The position numbers were made by a program, and so were the translations under genes. From positions 1 to 35,401 of the forward strand of contig DASPSK010000325.1 of assembly GCA_035623975.1 (NCBI GenBank): a DNA stretch of 35,401 nucleotides, in the 5' to 3' direction. This DNA comes from Acidimicrobiales bacterium (lineage in GTDB: Bacteria; Actinomycetota; Acidimicrobiia; Acidimicrobiales; Bog-793). Shown here piece after piece: positions 9,435-17,213 of this stretch. How positions within the stretch are numbered: position 1 is the stretch's first letter; each line of letters starts with the position of its first letter. Under the pieces are notes generated by a model, which saw only the letters and a list, made by a program, of their open reading frames with translations, was not told the DNA's origin and did no database searches.

Positions 9435-9854
9435 CTAGTCGTCGCGCGAATCTTGCCGTTCGGCGAAGGCCTTCAACAGCTTCAGCGCTATCTCGGGCGA
9501 GCTCGAGAGGAGCGAGGCGAATTCGCGTCGTTCGAAGACGATCACTGTCATGTCGTCGACGGCGGTCACCGTGGCTGTGCGGGGAGCGTTCGTGAGGAGG
9601 GCGGTCTCGCCGAAGAAATCCCCTGGGCCGAACGTCGCCACCGTCCGATTGTCGCGGGCACAAAGCGCCGTGCCGGCGCGAACCATGAAGAACTCCGATC
9701 CAGGAGCACCGGCGGTCGTGAGCACCGTGCCCGCCCGTATCCCGATCTCAGTACCGAGCATGGCGATCGCTCGAAGCTCGCTTCGCGAGCAGGCAGCGAA
9801 TAACGGCACCTGCGAGAGGCGGTCCAGAACCGATGCGGGGATACGACGGGCCAT
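9435..9854 (-). CDS. stand-alone cyclic-nucleotide-binding domain protein (139 aa)
   Basis: Canonical phosphate-binding cassette FFGETALLTNAPRTATVTA. No DNA-binding or other output domain. ATG at 9854 is preferred over the TTG at 9857. Confidence 0.8.
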   Translation of the reverse strand: MARRIPASVLDRLSQVPLFAACSRSELRAIAMLGTEIGIRAGTVLTTAGAPGSEFFMVRAGTALCARDNRTVATFGPGDFFGETALLTNAPRTATVTAVDDMTVIVFERREFASLLSSSPEIALKLLKAFAERQDSRDD

Positions 9855-9921
9855 CAACCGCTCACGCTAGTTCGGACGCCGGACGGACTCATCGCCGTTC
9901 GACTGGCTTTTCGACCCTCTG

Positions 9922-10314
9922 ATGCAAGTGACGGCCGGGCTGGGGCACCGGAGTCCTGAACGGCTCACGAGCGTGTTCAGACCGCACCCAGACAAGGGGC
10001 GTGGGGGGCACCCAATTCCTGCCCTGTGTACTCTTCGGCTTGTGGGTACGGTGCCCGAGGGTCCAGCCGCTCACGAGACGGGCTCCTGGAAGCTGTGGCT
10101 CGGCTTTCTCCTCGCTCTTGGATGGCTGCTGTTCGTCTCCAGCATCTCGTTCGTGAGAGGTACCCACAGACCCCGCCGGCCCGACGGCGAGCCGCAGCCG
10201 TGGGAGGAGGCCCTCTGGGGGGCGATCGGTATCATCTGCTTCCTCGGGGTGGCCGTGGCCCTCGCCGTCCCCCACTTGTATCCCCACAGGCCGGTGCCTA
10301 GCATCCCTCGCTGA
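9922..10314 (+). CDS. hypothetical small membrane protein (two predicted TM helices)
   Basis: Two hydrophobic helices (WKLWLGFLLALGWLLFVSSISFV and LWGAIGIICFLGVAVALAVPHLY) and moderate GC3 bias. The antisense ORF 9889-10359 is Arg/Pro-rich and non-protein-like. The start is uncertain. Confidence 0.35.
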   Translation: MQVTAGLGHRSPERLTSVFRPHPDKGRGGHPIPALCTLRLVGTVPEGPAAHETGSWKLWLGFLLALGWLLFVSSISFVRGTHRPRRPDGEPQPWEEALWGAIGIICFLGVAVALAVPHLYPHRPVPSIPR

Positions 10315-10579
10315 CCTCATCCGAAAAGAACCGGCCGATCGAAGCGCCGTCATGAGCACGGCTGCGGCTCGAGGAGCGGACCGGCCGGCTTGGTCGCTTC
10401 TCTCTCGGGCGCCCCGAGGGTCGAAGGGGAGACGGCGAGCCCTCGGTACGTCCGGCTGCGCTCGCCGTCACCGGAGGGAGCGTCCATATCTGACTTGATC
10501 CATCGGATTTATGTAGTACGGTCGTCCTGCACGAAATCGTTCAGCCCGCCCCGCGGCTGCATCTGGAGGTGACAACACG

Positions 10580-11140
10580 GTGACCAGCACCGCAACTCCC
10601 GTCGACAACGGAGTGAATGTCGAGTTCCTGACCGGCGCACGAGATGCCCTGGCTGAGCAGCCAGAGGGCGCCCAGTTCACCTGGCGGGTGACGAACACCT
10701 GGGTACGTGGCACGCACAGCCGCAGCAGCGTCCATGGGTACTACGGCCTCGGGCAGGAGCACACCCACCGAAACGAGTTCATCTTCGAGGGCGATCACCC
10801 AGAGGTGTTCTCGGCCGAGGACAACGGCGCCACGCCGGTCGAGCTCCTGCTCGTCAGCCTGGCCAGCTGCCTCACCGCCGGGGTGGCGGCGGTGGCCCAG
10901 AACCGGGGCATCCAGCTGCGATCGGTGAGCGCCACCCTAGAGGGTGACATGGACATCCGCGGCATCCTCGGGGCCGATCCCGACGTCCGCAACGGCTTCA
11001 GCGGGATCAAGGTGAGCTATTCCATCGACGCTGACGCCACCGAGGACGAGAAGAAGGCCCTGGTGGCGCAGTCCCAGAAGCGGTCCGCCGTGTACGACAT
11101 CGTGACCAACCCGACGAGCGTCACGGTCGAGGTGAACTGA
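10580..11140 (+). CDS. OsmC/Ohr-family peroxiredoxin-like protein
   Basis: Contains PVELLLVSLASCLTAGVAAVA, the OsmC core with the conserved Cys. GTG start is preceded by GGAGGTGA. Confidence 0.85.
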   Translation: MTSTATPVDNGVNVEFLTGARDALAEQPEGAQFTWRVTNTWVRGTHSRSSVHGYYGLGQEHTHRNEFIFEGDHPEVFSAEDNGATPVELLLVSLASCLTAGVAAVAQNRGIQLRSVSATLEGDMDIRGILGADPDVRNGFSGIKVSYSIDADATEDEKKALVAQSQKRSAVYDIVTNPTSVTVEVN

Positions 11141-11168
11141 CCCTCCCTTCCTGACGGAACGAGCCTCG

Positions 11169-12419
11169 TTGCACAGCGTCACCACCGCCATCGTCGGAGC
11201 CGGCCAGTCTGGCCTGGCGATGAGCCGGTACCTGGCCGATGCCTCCATCGACCACGTCCTCCTGGAGCGGGGTGAGGTCGCCGAATCCTGGCGGACGGGT
11301 CGTTGGGACTCACTGCGCCTGCTCACGCCCAACTGGCTGAACCGCCTGCCCGGATACCGGTACCAGGGCGACGAGCCCGACGGCTACATGTCGATGCCGG
11401 AGGTGATCGGCTACATCAGCACCTACGCCTCCACGATCTCGGCTCCAGTCGAGACTCACACCGAGGTGACGGGTGTGCGGTGCGTCGAGGAGGGTTTCGA
11501 GGTCGTCACGACCACGGGTGCGTGGCGAGCCCGGACCGTGGTGCTCGCGAGCGGGCCGTACAACCGGCCGGACGTCCCCGGCATTGCCGGCGCCCTCCCG
11601 CCGGGGGTCACCGGCATCTCGCCGGCCGAGTACCGCAACGCCGACCAGCTCGAGGACGGCGGCGTGCTCGTGGTGGGTGCGGCGGCAACCGGGGTCCAAC
11701 TGGCCGACGAGATTCACCGCTCCGGGCGGCCCGTCACCCTGGCGGTCGGCAGTCACGTTCGCCTCCCGCGCGTGTACCGGGGCATGGACATCATGTGGTG
11801 GCTCGACGCCGCCGGCATCCTCGACGAGCGCTACGACGAGGTGGACGACGTCGTCCGCGCTCGCAACGTGGCCTCGTTCCAACTTGTCGGATCGCCCGAG
11901 CGCTCGACGGTGGATCTCAACGCCCTGCAGGAGACCGGGGTCCGCCTCGTCGGCCGGCTCGCCGGGGTGACGGAGGACGGTACGGCACAGTTCTCCGGCT
12001 CCCTCCCCAATCAGTGCGCCTTGGCGGATCTCAAGCTCGGCCGGCTGCTCGACTCCGTGGACGACTGGGCGACCGCCCACGGGCTCGACGGCGAGACCGA
12101 ACCGGCCGAGCGGTTCGCCGCCACGCGGGTGCCGGAGAACCCACCGTTGATGGGCTCGTTTCGCTCCCTCGGGATCAAGACGGTGGTCTGGGCAACGGGC
12201 TACCGGTCCGAGTACCCGTGGTTGCATATCCCCGTGCTCGATCCGAAGGGGCGGGTCCGCCACGACGGAGGTGTCACTCCCGTGCCGGGGCTCTACCTGA
12301 TCGGCGCCCCGTTGCTGCGCCGGAGGAAGTCAACCCTCATCGACGGAGCCGGCGAGGACGCCCGGGATCTGAGCGCTCACCTGATCGGGCACCTCGACGA
12401 GATGGCGCGAGCGTTCTGA
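11169..12419 (+). CDS. FAD/NAD(P)-dependent oxidoreductase (flavin monooxygenase / CzcO-like, COG2072 type)
   Basis: N-terminal dinucleotide fold IVGAGQSGLAMS and a second GxGxxG (VVGAAATGVQLA). TTG start. Confidence 0.8.
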   Translation: MHSVTTAIVGAGQSGLAMSRYLADASIDHVLLERGEVAESWRTGRWDSLRLLTPNWLNRLPGYRYQGDEPDGYMSMPEVIGYISTYASTISAPVETHTEVTGVRCVEEGFEVVTTTGAWRARTVVLASGPYNRPDVPGIAGALPPGVTGISPAEYRNADQLEDGGVLVVGAAATGVQLADEIHRSGRPVTLAVGSHVRLPRVYRGMDIMWWLDAAGILDERYDEVDDVVRARNVASFQLVGSPERSTVDLNALQETGVRLVGRLAGVTEDGTAQFSGSLPNQCALADLKLGRLLDSVDDWATAHGLDGETEPAERFAATRVPENPPLMGSFRSLGIKTVVWATGYRSEYPWLHIPVLDPKGRVRHDGGVTPVPGLYLIGAPLLRRRKSTLIDGAGEDARDLSAHLIGHLDEMARAF

Positions 12420-12435
12420 TCGTCGCCGCAGGGCG

Positions 12436-12975
12436 CTAGTCCGGGCGGGGGCCGGGGCGGATCGGTCGCTTGGCGTTGATCACACCGGTGTCGAAACCCG
12501 CCAGATGCAGCCCGCCGGCAAAGCGAGCGTGCTCGATCTTGAGGCAGCGGTTCATGACGACGTGAAGACCGGCGGCGTGGGCAGCTTCGGCGGCCTCGTC
12601 GTTCCAGAGCCCGAGCTGAGCCCAGAACGTCCGGGCCTTCACAGCGATCGCTTCAGCCGCGACCTCGGGGAGGTCCGAGGCTCGGCGGAACACGTCGACG
12701 AGATCGGGGGACTCGGGAAGATCGGCCAGGGTCGGGTAGACGGGGCGGCCGAGGATCGACTGCTCTTGCGGGTTGACGAACCAGACGATGTAGTCGGTGC
12801 TCGAGCTGAGCAGGTAAGTGGCGACAAAATAGCTGGCCCGTGCCGGGTTGGAGGAGGCGCCGACGACGGCAACGGTCCTCGTCTCGTTGAGGATCTGCAG
12901 ACGCTCCCGGGCCGAGGGCGGATGCCAGGGGCCAGGTGACTCGGCGGAGTCGTGCTGGGCGGCGCCGACGGTCAC
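12436..12975 (-). CDS. CoA-binding domain protein (YccU-like)
   Basis: Contains RTVAVVGASSNPARASYFVATYL, a CoA-binding Rossmann signature. GTG start overlaps the metY stop (GTGA at 12972-12975). Confidence 0.8.
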   Translation of the reverse strand: MTVGAAQHDSAESPGPWHPPSARERLQILNETRTVAVVGASSNPARASYFVATYLLSSSTDYIVWFVNPQEQSILGRPVYPTLADLPESPDLVDVFRRASDLPEVAAEAIAVKARTFWAQLGLWNDEAAEAAHAAGLHVVMNRCLKIEHARFAGGLHLAGFDTGVINAKRPIRPGPRPD

Positions 12976-14267
12976 CCTGCCACCTTCGCGGCGGCGGTGA
13001 GCGCCTGGTCGAAGTCCCAGATGATGTCGTCGAGATCCTCGAGGCCCACCGACACCCGGACCAGGTCGGGGCTCACGCCCGCAGCCGCCTGGGCTTCTTT
13101 CGAGAGCCGCCGGTGCGTCGTGGTGGCCGGGTGGATGACGAGGGTGCGCGTGTCGCCGACGTTGGCGAGGTGGCTGGCAAGCTCAACCGCTTCGATGAAC
13201 GCCCGTCCGGCTTCGAGTCCACCTTTGACGCCGAAGGAGAACACGGCGCCCGGTCCGGCGGGGAGGTAGCGGCGAGCCAAGTCGTGGTAGGGCGAGCTGC
13301 TCAGCCCGGCGTACTTCACCCAGACGACGGCGGGGTGGTCGGCCAGGTGCTGGGCCAACGCCTGGGCGTTGCGGACGTGGGCGTCCATGCGGAGGGAGAG
13401 GGTCTCGAGTCCCTGCAGGAGGAGGAAGGCGTTGAGGGGCGCAAGGCAGGTGCCAAAGTCGCGCAGCTGCTCGACGCGCAGCTGGGTGCAGAACCCGTAC
13501 TCCCCGAAGTTGTCCCAGAAACGCAGCTCGCCGTAGCTCGGCACCGGTTCGGTCATGCGGGGGAAGCGGCCGTTCGACCAGTCGAAGCGGCCACTCTCGA
13601 CGATCACGCCGCCCATGGAGGTCCCGTGGCCACCGATGAACTTCGTCGCCGAGTGCACGACGACGTCAGCGCCGTGCTCGAAGGGCCGGCACAGGTGCGG
13701 GGTCGCCATCGTGGAGTCCACGAGCAAGGGGACGCCCGAGCTGTGGGCGGCATCGGCGAGGCCGGAAAGATCGGCGACGACACCGGCGGGGTTGGCCACG
13801 ATCTCGGTGTAGAGGGCCTTCGTCTGCGGGCGCACGGCGGCCGCGAAGGCCTCAGGTCGATCCGGGGCGACGAACGTCGTCTCGATGCCAAGGCGGCGCA
13901 GGGACACGTCGAGGAGGGAATGGGTGCCCCCATAGAGAGCGGCGCTCGCCACGATGTGATCGCCCGCACCGGCCAGCGCCGTGAAGAGGATCAGCTCGGC
14001 CGCCTGGCCGCTCGATGTCGCCACGGCCCCGATCCCACCCTCCAGGCTGGCCATGCGCTCTTCGAAGGCGGCCACGGTGGGGTTGGCGATGCGGGTGTAG
14101 ATGTTCCCGTACTTCTGGAGGGCGAAGAGGTCGGCGGCATCGGCCGAGTCCTCGAAGACGAAGCTCGTCGTCTGGTAGATGGGCACGGCCCGGGCGCCTG
14201 TGGACGGATCGGGGCGATTGCCTGCGTGGATGGACCTGGTCCGGAAACCCCACTCGTGATCGTCCAC
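12972..14267 (-). CDS. metY: O-acetylhomoserine aminocarboxypropyltransferase (sulfhydrylase), PLP-dependent
   Basis: Carries IHAG..PDPSTGARAVPIYQTTSFVF at the N-terminus and the PLP-lysine region HSATKFIGGHGTSMGG. Length 431 aa. Confidence 0.9.
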   Translation of the reverse strand: MDDHEWGFRTRSIHAGNRPDPSTGARAVPIYQTTSFVFEDSADAADLFALQKYGNIYTRIANPTVAAFEERMASLEGGIGAVATSSGQAAELILFTALAGAGDHIVASAALYGGTHSLLDVSLRRLGIETTFVAPDRPEAFAAAVRPQTKALYTEIVANPAGVVADLSGLADAAHSSGVPLLVDSTMATPHLCRPFEHGADVVVHSATKFIGGHGTSMGGVIVESGRFDWSNGRFPRMTEPVPSYGELRFWDNFGEYGFCTQLRVEQLRDFGTCLAPLNAFLLLQGLETLSLRMDAHVRNAQALAQHLADHPAVVWVKYAGLSSSPYHDLARRYLPAGPGAVFSFGVKGGLEAGRAFIEAVELASHLANVGDTRTLVIHPATTTHRRLSKEAQAAAGVSPDLVRVSVGLEDLDDIIWDFDQALTAAAKVAG

Positions 14268-14367
14268 GTGTCGGATGCTAGCGAGAATTCCTGACTGTAT
14301 ACATCGACGTTATGGCTTAAGCGGGGTGATGATGGCTCATTTTCCTGGATTCCTCCGGGCGGGTGCT

Positions 14368-14952
14368 TCAGCCTTGATCCGATCCCTCGAGCAAGGACTG
14401 GTCCTCGGTCGGGATGCGCGCCACCAACGGTTGGACGCTCGCTTGCAACTGAGCCAGCTCGGATCCGAGCCGGTCACGAGCGTCTGCCGTTGGCCCACCT
14501 CGCGACCGCGCTGAGACCATGCGGAACATCGACGCCGCGAACGCCTCCAGCTGCCCCAGGAAGGAGCGAGCCGCCGGGTCGTCGAACAGGTTTGGTGAGG
14601 CCGTCAGGAGCATGCTGGCAAACATGCGCAACTCCTCGGCCGCACCGCTCGAGCTCGGCTCGTCATCGCCGCTCGCCACGATGGTGCCGTAGGCCCGGCG
14701 CGCTTGCCCGTAGACGATCAGGGCTTGGACCGCCACCGAGACCGCTCGGTCTCGGCGCTGACGGCGAGCGACGATCTCGTCGAATATGAGCGCCGTCACG
14801 GCTACCACCAGCAGGCTGGCGACAACAGAGCCGGTCAACGAGTGTCTGTCCCACCAGGCGCGGAAGGCTCCGATCCACACATCGCAGGCAACGAGGGTGA
14901 GCAAGGCGACCGCTGCGGTCGTGGCTGCCACGCGGCGCACGAGATTGTTCAC
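14368..14952 (-). CDS. hypothetical two-TM membrane protein encoded directly downstream of mazF
   Basis: In-frame GTG at 14952, 7 nt after the mazF stop. TM segments are AATTAAVALLTLVACDVWIGAF and LTGSVVASLLVVAVTALIF, followed by a roughly 120-aa soluble tail. The N-terminal 89 codons of the track ORF overlap mazF out of frame and were discarded. Confidence 0.55.
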   Translation of the reverse strand: MNNLVRRVAATTAAVALLTLVACDVWIGAFRAWWDRHSLTGSVVASLLVVAVTALIFDEIVARRQRRDRAVSVAVQALIVYGQARRAYGTIVASGDDEPSSSGAAEELRMFASMLLTASPNLFDDPAARSFLGQLEAFAASMFRMVSARSRGGPTADARDRLGSELAQLQASVQPLVARIPTEDQSLLEGSDQG

Positions 14953-14959
14953 GGCTCGG

Positions 14960-15289
14960 TCAGCCGCGGCAGTCGACCGCGACTTCGAGCGCCGCACAGA
15001 CCTCTCGCATCTTCTCGTCGCTGAGGCGCCCGAGGCGTTCGACCAAGACACCCACGGAGACGCTCTCGACCGAGTCGAGGTTGATGGCCGAGCGCTGCGG
15101 GATGGGATCTTCCCGGGGATCCAGACGGACCTCGCTCGCCAGACCTCGGATCGTCGTCGTGCAAGGCGCAACGAGGGCTCGGCGGAGCCTGGGAATAGCC
15201 ACGTCCCGCGAGAGGACAACGACTGGACGCCGTCCGACCTGCTGGAGCTCGCACCACCAGACTTCCCCCCTGGCGGGAAGTGGGCTCAC
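14960..15289 (-). CDS. mazF: MazF/PemK-family type II toxin endoribonuclease
   Basis: Contains GEVWWCEL...[11 protein letters not shown]...[14 protein letters not shown], the typical PemK/MazF fold signature. GTG start overlaps the antitoxin stop (GTGA at 15286-15289). Confidence 0.8.
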   Translation of the reverse strand: MSPLPARGEVWWCELQQVGRRPVVVLSRDVAIPRLRRALVAPCTTTIRGLASEVRLDPREDPIPQRSAINLDSVESVSVGVLVERLGRLSDEKMREVCAALEVAVDCRG

Positions 15290-15522
15290 GATGAGGCCGC
15301 CGCCTCACGGAAGGAAGCGAGGTCACCCCATGCGTCCGCTTCGTCAAGCGGATGCTTGTCGTAGGCGGCGTAGCCCGCGTCGACCTCGGCCGCGCGGTGC
15401 TTGGCAACTAAAGCCTCAAGCGCCTCATCGAGGAGCGCCGCGTCCGACGTGTTCGGGCGGATACGACGCGCCGTCGCCAGGCGACCCTCATCGACGGTCG
15501 TGCTCACTCGGACTCTGCTCAT
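15286..15522 (-). CDS. mazE: MazE-like type II antitoxin (78 aa)
   Basis: Small acidic protein directly upstream of and coupled to mazF. N-terminal [15 protein letters not shown] is RHH/MazE-like. The C-terminal [19 protein letters not shown] resembles mycobacterial MazE antitoxins. Confidence 0.65.
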   Translation of the reverse strand: MSRVRVSTTVDEGRLATARRIRPNTSDAALLDEALEALVAKHRAAEVDAGYAAYDKHPLDEADAWGDLASFREAAASS

Positions 15523-15549
15523 GCCACAAGTATGCCACTACGATGCTAC
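15521..15549 (-). promoter_or_regulatory. three direct heptamer repeats at 11-nt spacing over the mazE start (candidate operator)
   Basis: On the plus strand: ATGCCAC (15521-15527), ATGCCAC (15532-15538), ATGCTAC (15543-15549). The first copy contains the mazE start codon. Confidence 0.35.
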
Positions 15550-15645
15550 AAGGAGCCATCTCGGCGCCAGAGCTGGGTGCTCACTACGCGGTCTCTCGCG
15601 CTCACTCGAGGAGCTGAGGCGGCTGCGCCGGGTCGGCGAGGCTCT

Positions 15646-15894
15646 TCAGGGCAGCAGGCTGTAGAGCCTGCCGCAGGGGCAAAGCTTCGTGCTCGGCCCC
15701 CATCGGTGCACGTCACACCATCCGAGCATCGTCCTCGTCACATCGGCGCGAACAGCGCGCCAATGATCGGGGCAGAGGTTCACGGGCTCGACAAGGTCGG
15801 GATCAACAGGAACGACCCAGGGATGGCTCTCAACTCCCTGGCCAACCTCGTTGGTCTCGCAGAGCACGCACGGTCCCGTCGCTGCCTCGGGCAC
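15646..15894 (-). CDS. hypothetical Cys/His-rich small protein (82 aa), probable zinc-binding
   Basis: GTG start lies 7 nt after the dodecin stop. Contains CVLC, LCPDH, WCDVH and CPC motifs. GC3 is moderately high. No family recognised. Confidence 0.45.
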   Translation of the reverse strand: MPEAATGPCVLCETNEVGQGVESHPWVVPVDPDLVEPVNLCPDHWRAVRADVTRTMLGWCDVHRWGPSTKLCPCGRLYSLLP

Positions 15895-15903
15895 CTCGTC
15901 GGG

Positions 15904-16119
15904 TCAATCGCCGCCTTCGTACTTGAACGAGACCCTCACCCTGGCGCGGTAGGCGCGCACCTGGCCGTCCTCGATCTGCAAGTCCAGCTCGGCGACCTCC
16001 GCGATGCGCAGATCACGGAGGGACTTGCTGGCCCGCGTGATCGCAGTCTCGGCGGCCTTCTCCCAGGATTCGGTGCTCGTCCCGACAAGCTCGATGACCT
16101 TGTACACGCTTTCAGGCAT
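15904..16119 (-). CDS. dodecin-family flavin-binding protein (71 aa)
   Basis: Reads VYKVIELVGTSTESWEKAAETAITRASKSLRDLRIAEV...FKYE, the dodecin signature. Strong GAAGGAGGAG RBS upstream of the ATG. Confidence 0.85.
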   Translation of the reverse strand: MPESVYKVIELVGTSTESWEKAAETAITRASKSLRDLRIAEVAELDLQIEDGQVRAYRARVRVSFKYEGGD

Positions 16120-17073
16120 GTCTCCTCCTTCGTCGACAGAGCCGACACGACAGCATGCTACGGCCGACGGACCGGCTGTCCTACGGCCACGGCAGCAAGA
16201 TCAGGCATCGGTCCTCGGTCTGCCCGCCTTCGGTCTCGCCCGCGTCGCGGGAACATCGCCGACCATCATCCAAATCTGGCTACAGGGGCAGCCGTGACGA
16301 TCTTCGCGCCCGCTTCGTAGGCATCGCCAGCCTCGTGCTGGCGGTCGTGGTGATCTGGACGCCGGCGCCCGCGCCCGGACTGCACGCCAGCCATCCGATG
16401 GGAGGGATGTAGCTCCGCCTGCGCGCAGGCGCGGGACAGGGCGCCGGCCCCGGGCGGCCGATGGGGGCGCGGCCCCCTGCCGGAGGGTGTTGGCCGAGCC
16501 GGCAGGGGCGTCATTCGAAAAGACGCTGACTTCGAACAGGAAGTCCACAGATGGTGTACGCCGCCCACTGTCTGTCCACAGCTTGTGCACTCGTCCGCTT
16601 GCATCGGCGATGCGTGGCGGCTCTACTACAGACCGGCAAGCGGCATGCATCCGCCGGATGCCGGAGCAGGCGGGCACATCGGAGAGTTCGCCAGGGGGGC
16701 GAACCGGGACAGCAGGGATACTTAGGAAAGGAAGGGAACCCTCAGCACTGGCGCTGTTGAACGTGTACGCACCCGCTCACGGGAAGTCGACGGCCAACAG
16801 CCGAGGACGAGGCTGAGAGCAAACGAATCAGCATCGGTGGCCGACATGAGTCGTAGCGGCACTTCCGAACTCAACCGAAAGGCCCGCTACCTCCAGTCCT
16901 CGCAGTCATACGATGTTGGCAACGGCCGGCCAGGTGATATCGCACCTGGCCGGTTGCGCGCTCAGGCGTAGCCCGACGGTCCTCGCTGTGGCGCTGGCAC
17001 CGCTCTGGCGGCGCGACCCTCGAGTTCCGCATTGCACCGCAAGCGGTCGGGCGCGACGCTACCGTCGCTCCTG

Positions 17074-17099
17074 TCGCGAGCGCGATTCGCGAGCGCGAT
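17074..17099. repeat. perfect tandem duplication of the 13-mer TCGCGAGCGCGAT
   Basis: Copies at 17074-17086 and 17087-17099 are identical. The junction creates CGCGA-T-TCGCG, an inverted repeat. Lies about 115-140 nt upstream of the BNR gene start. Confidence 0.8.
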
Positions 17100-17213
17100 G
17101 AGTTTGAGATCGTCGGGCCGTCTACGTAGGTAAGCCGATTCCAACGGCACGCCTCGCCACGACCGTCCTCCGGGACCGGCGAGCTGCCGGTGAGAGCTTT
17201 GGGAGGAGTTCAC

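Noticed and set aside
12936-14294. 452-aa plus-strand ORF.
   Set aside because: It is antisense to metY, whose identity is unambiguous.
16155-16412. 85-aa plus ORF divergent from dodecin, with fairly high GC3 and one hydrophobic stretch.
   Set aside because: The N-terminal two-thirds is Ser/Arg/Pro low-complexity sequence. It has no RBS and no recognisable motif. It is left as part of the unexplained non-coding gap rather than called.
16400-17213. Looked for a riboswitch or housekeeping RNA: cobalamin B12-box, TPP CTGAGA...ACCTGA core, SAM-I/IV, ZTP, RNase P GGAAAGTCCGG, SRP, and a tmRNA tag ending in LAA.
   Set aside because: Only isolated short words occur (AGGGAA, CTGAGA, GCAAACGAA) without the accompanying conserved cores or pairing partners. 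Nothing can be supported by eye, so an Infernal scan is needed.
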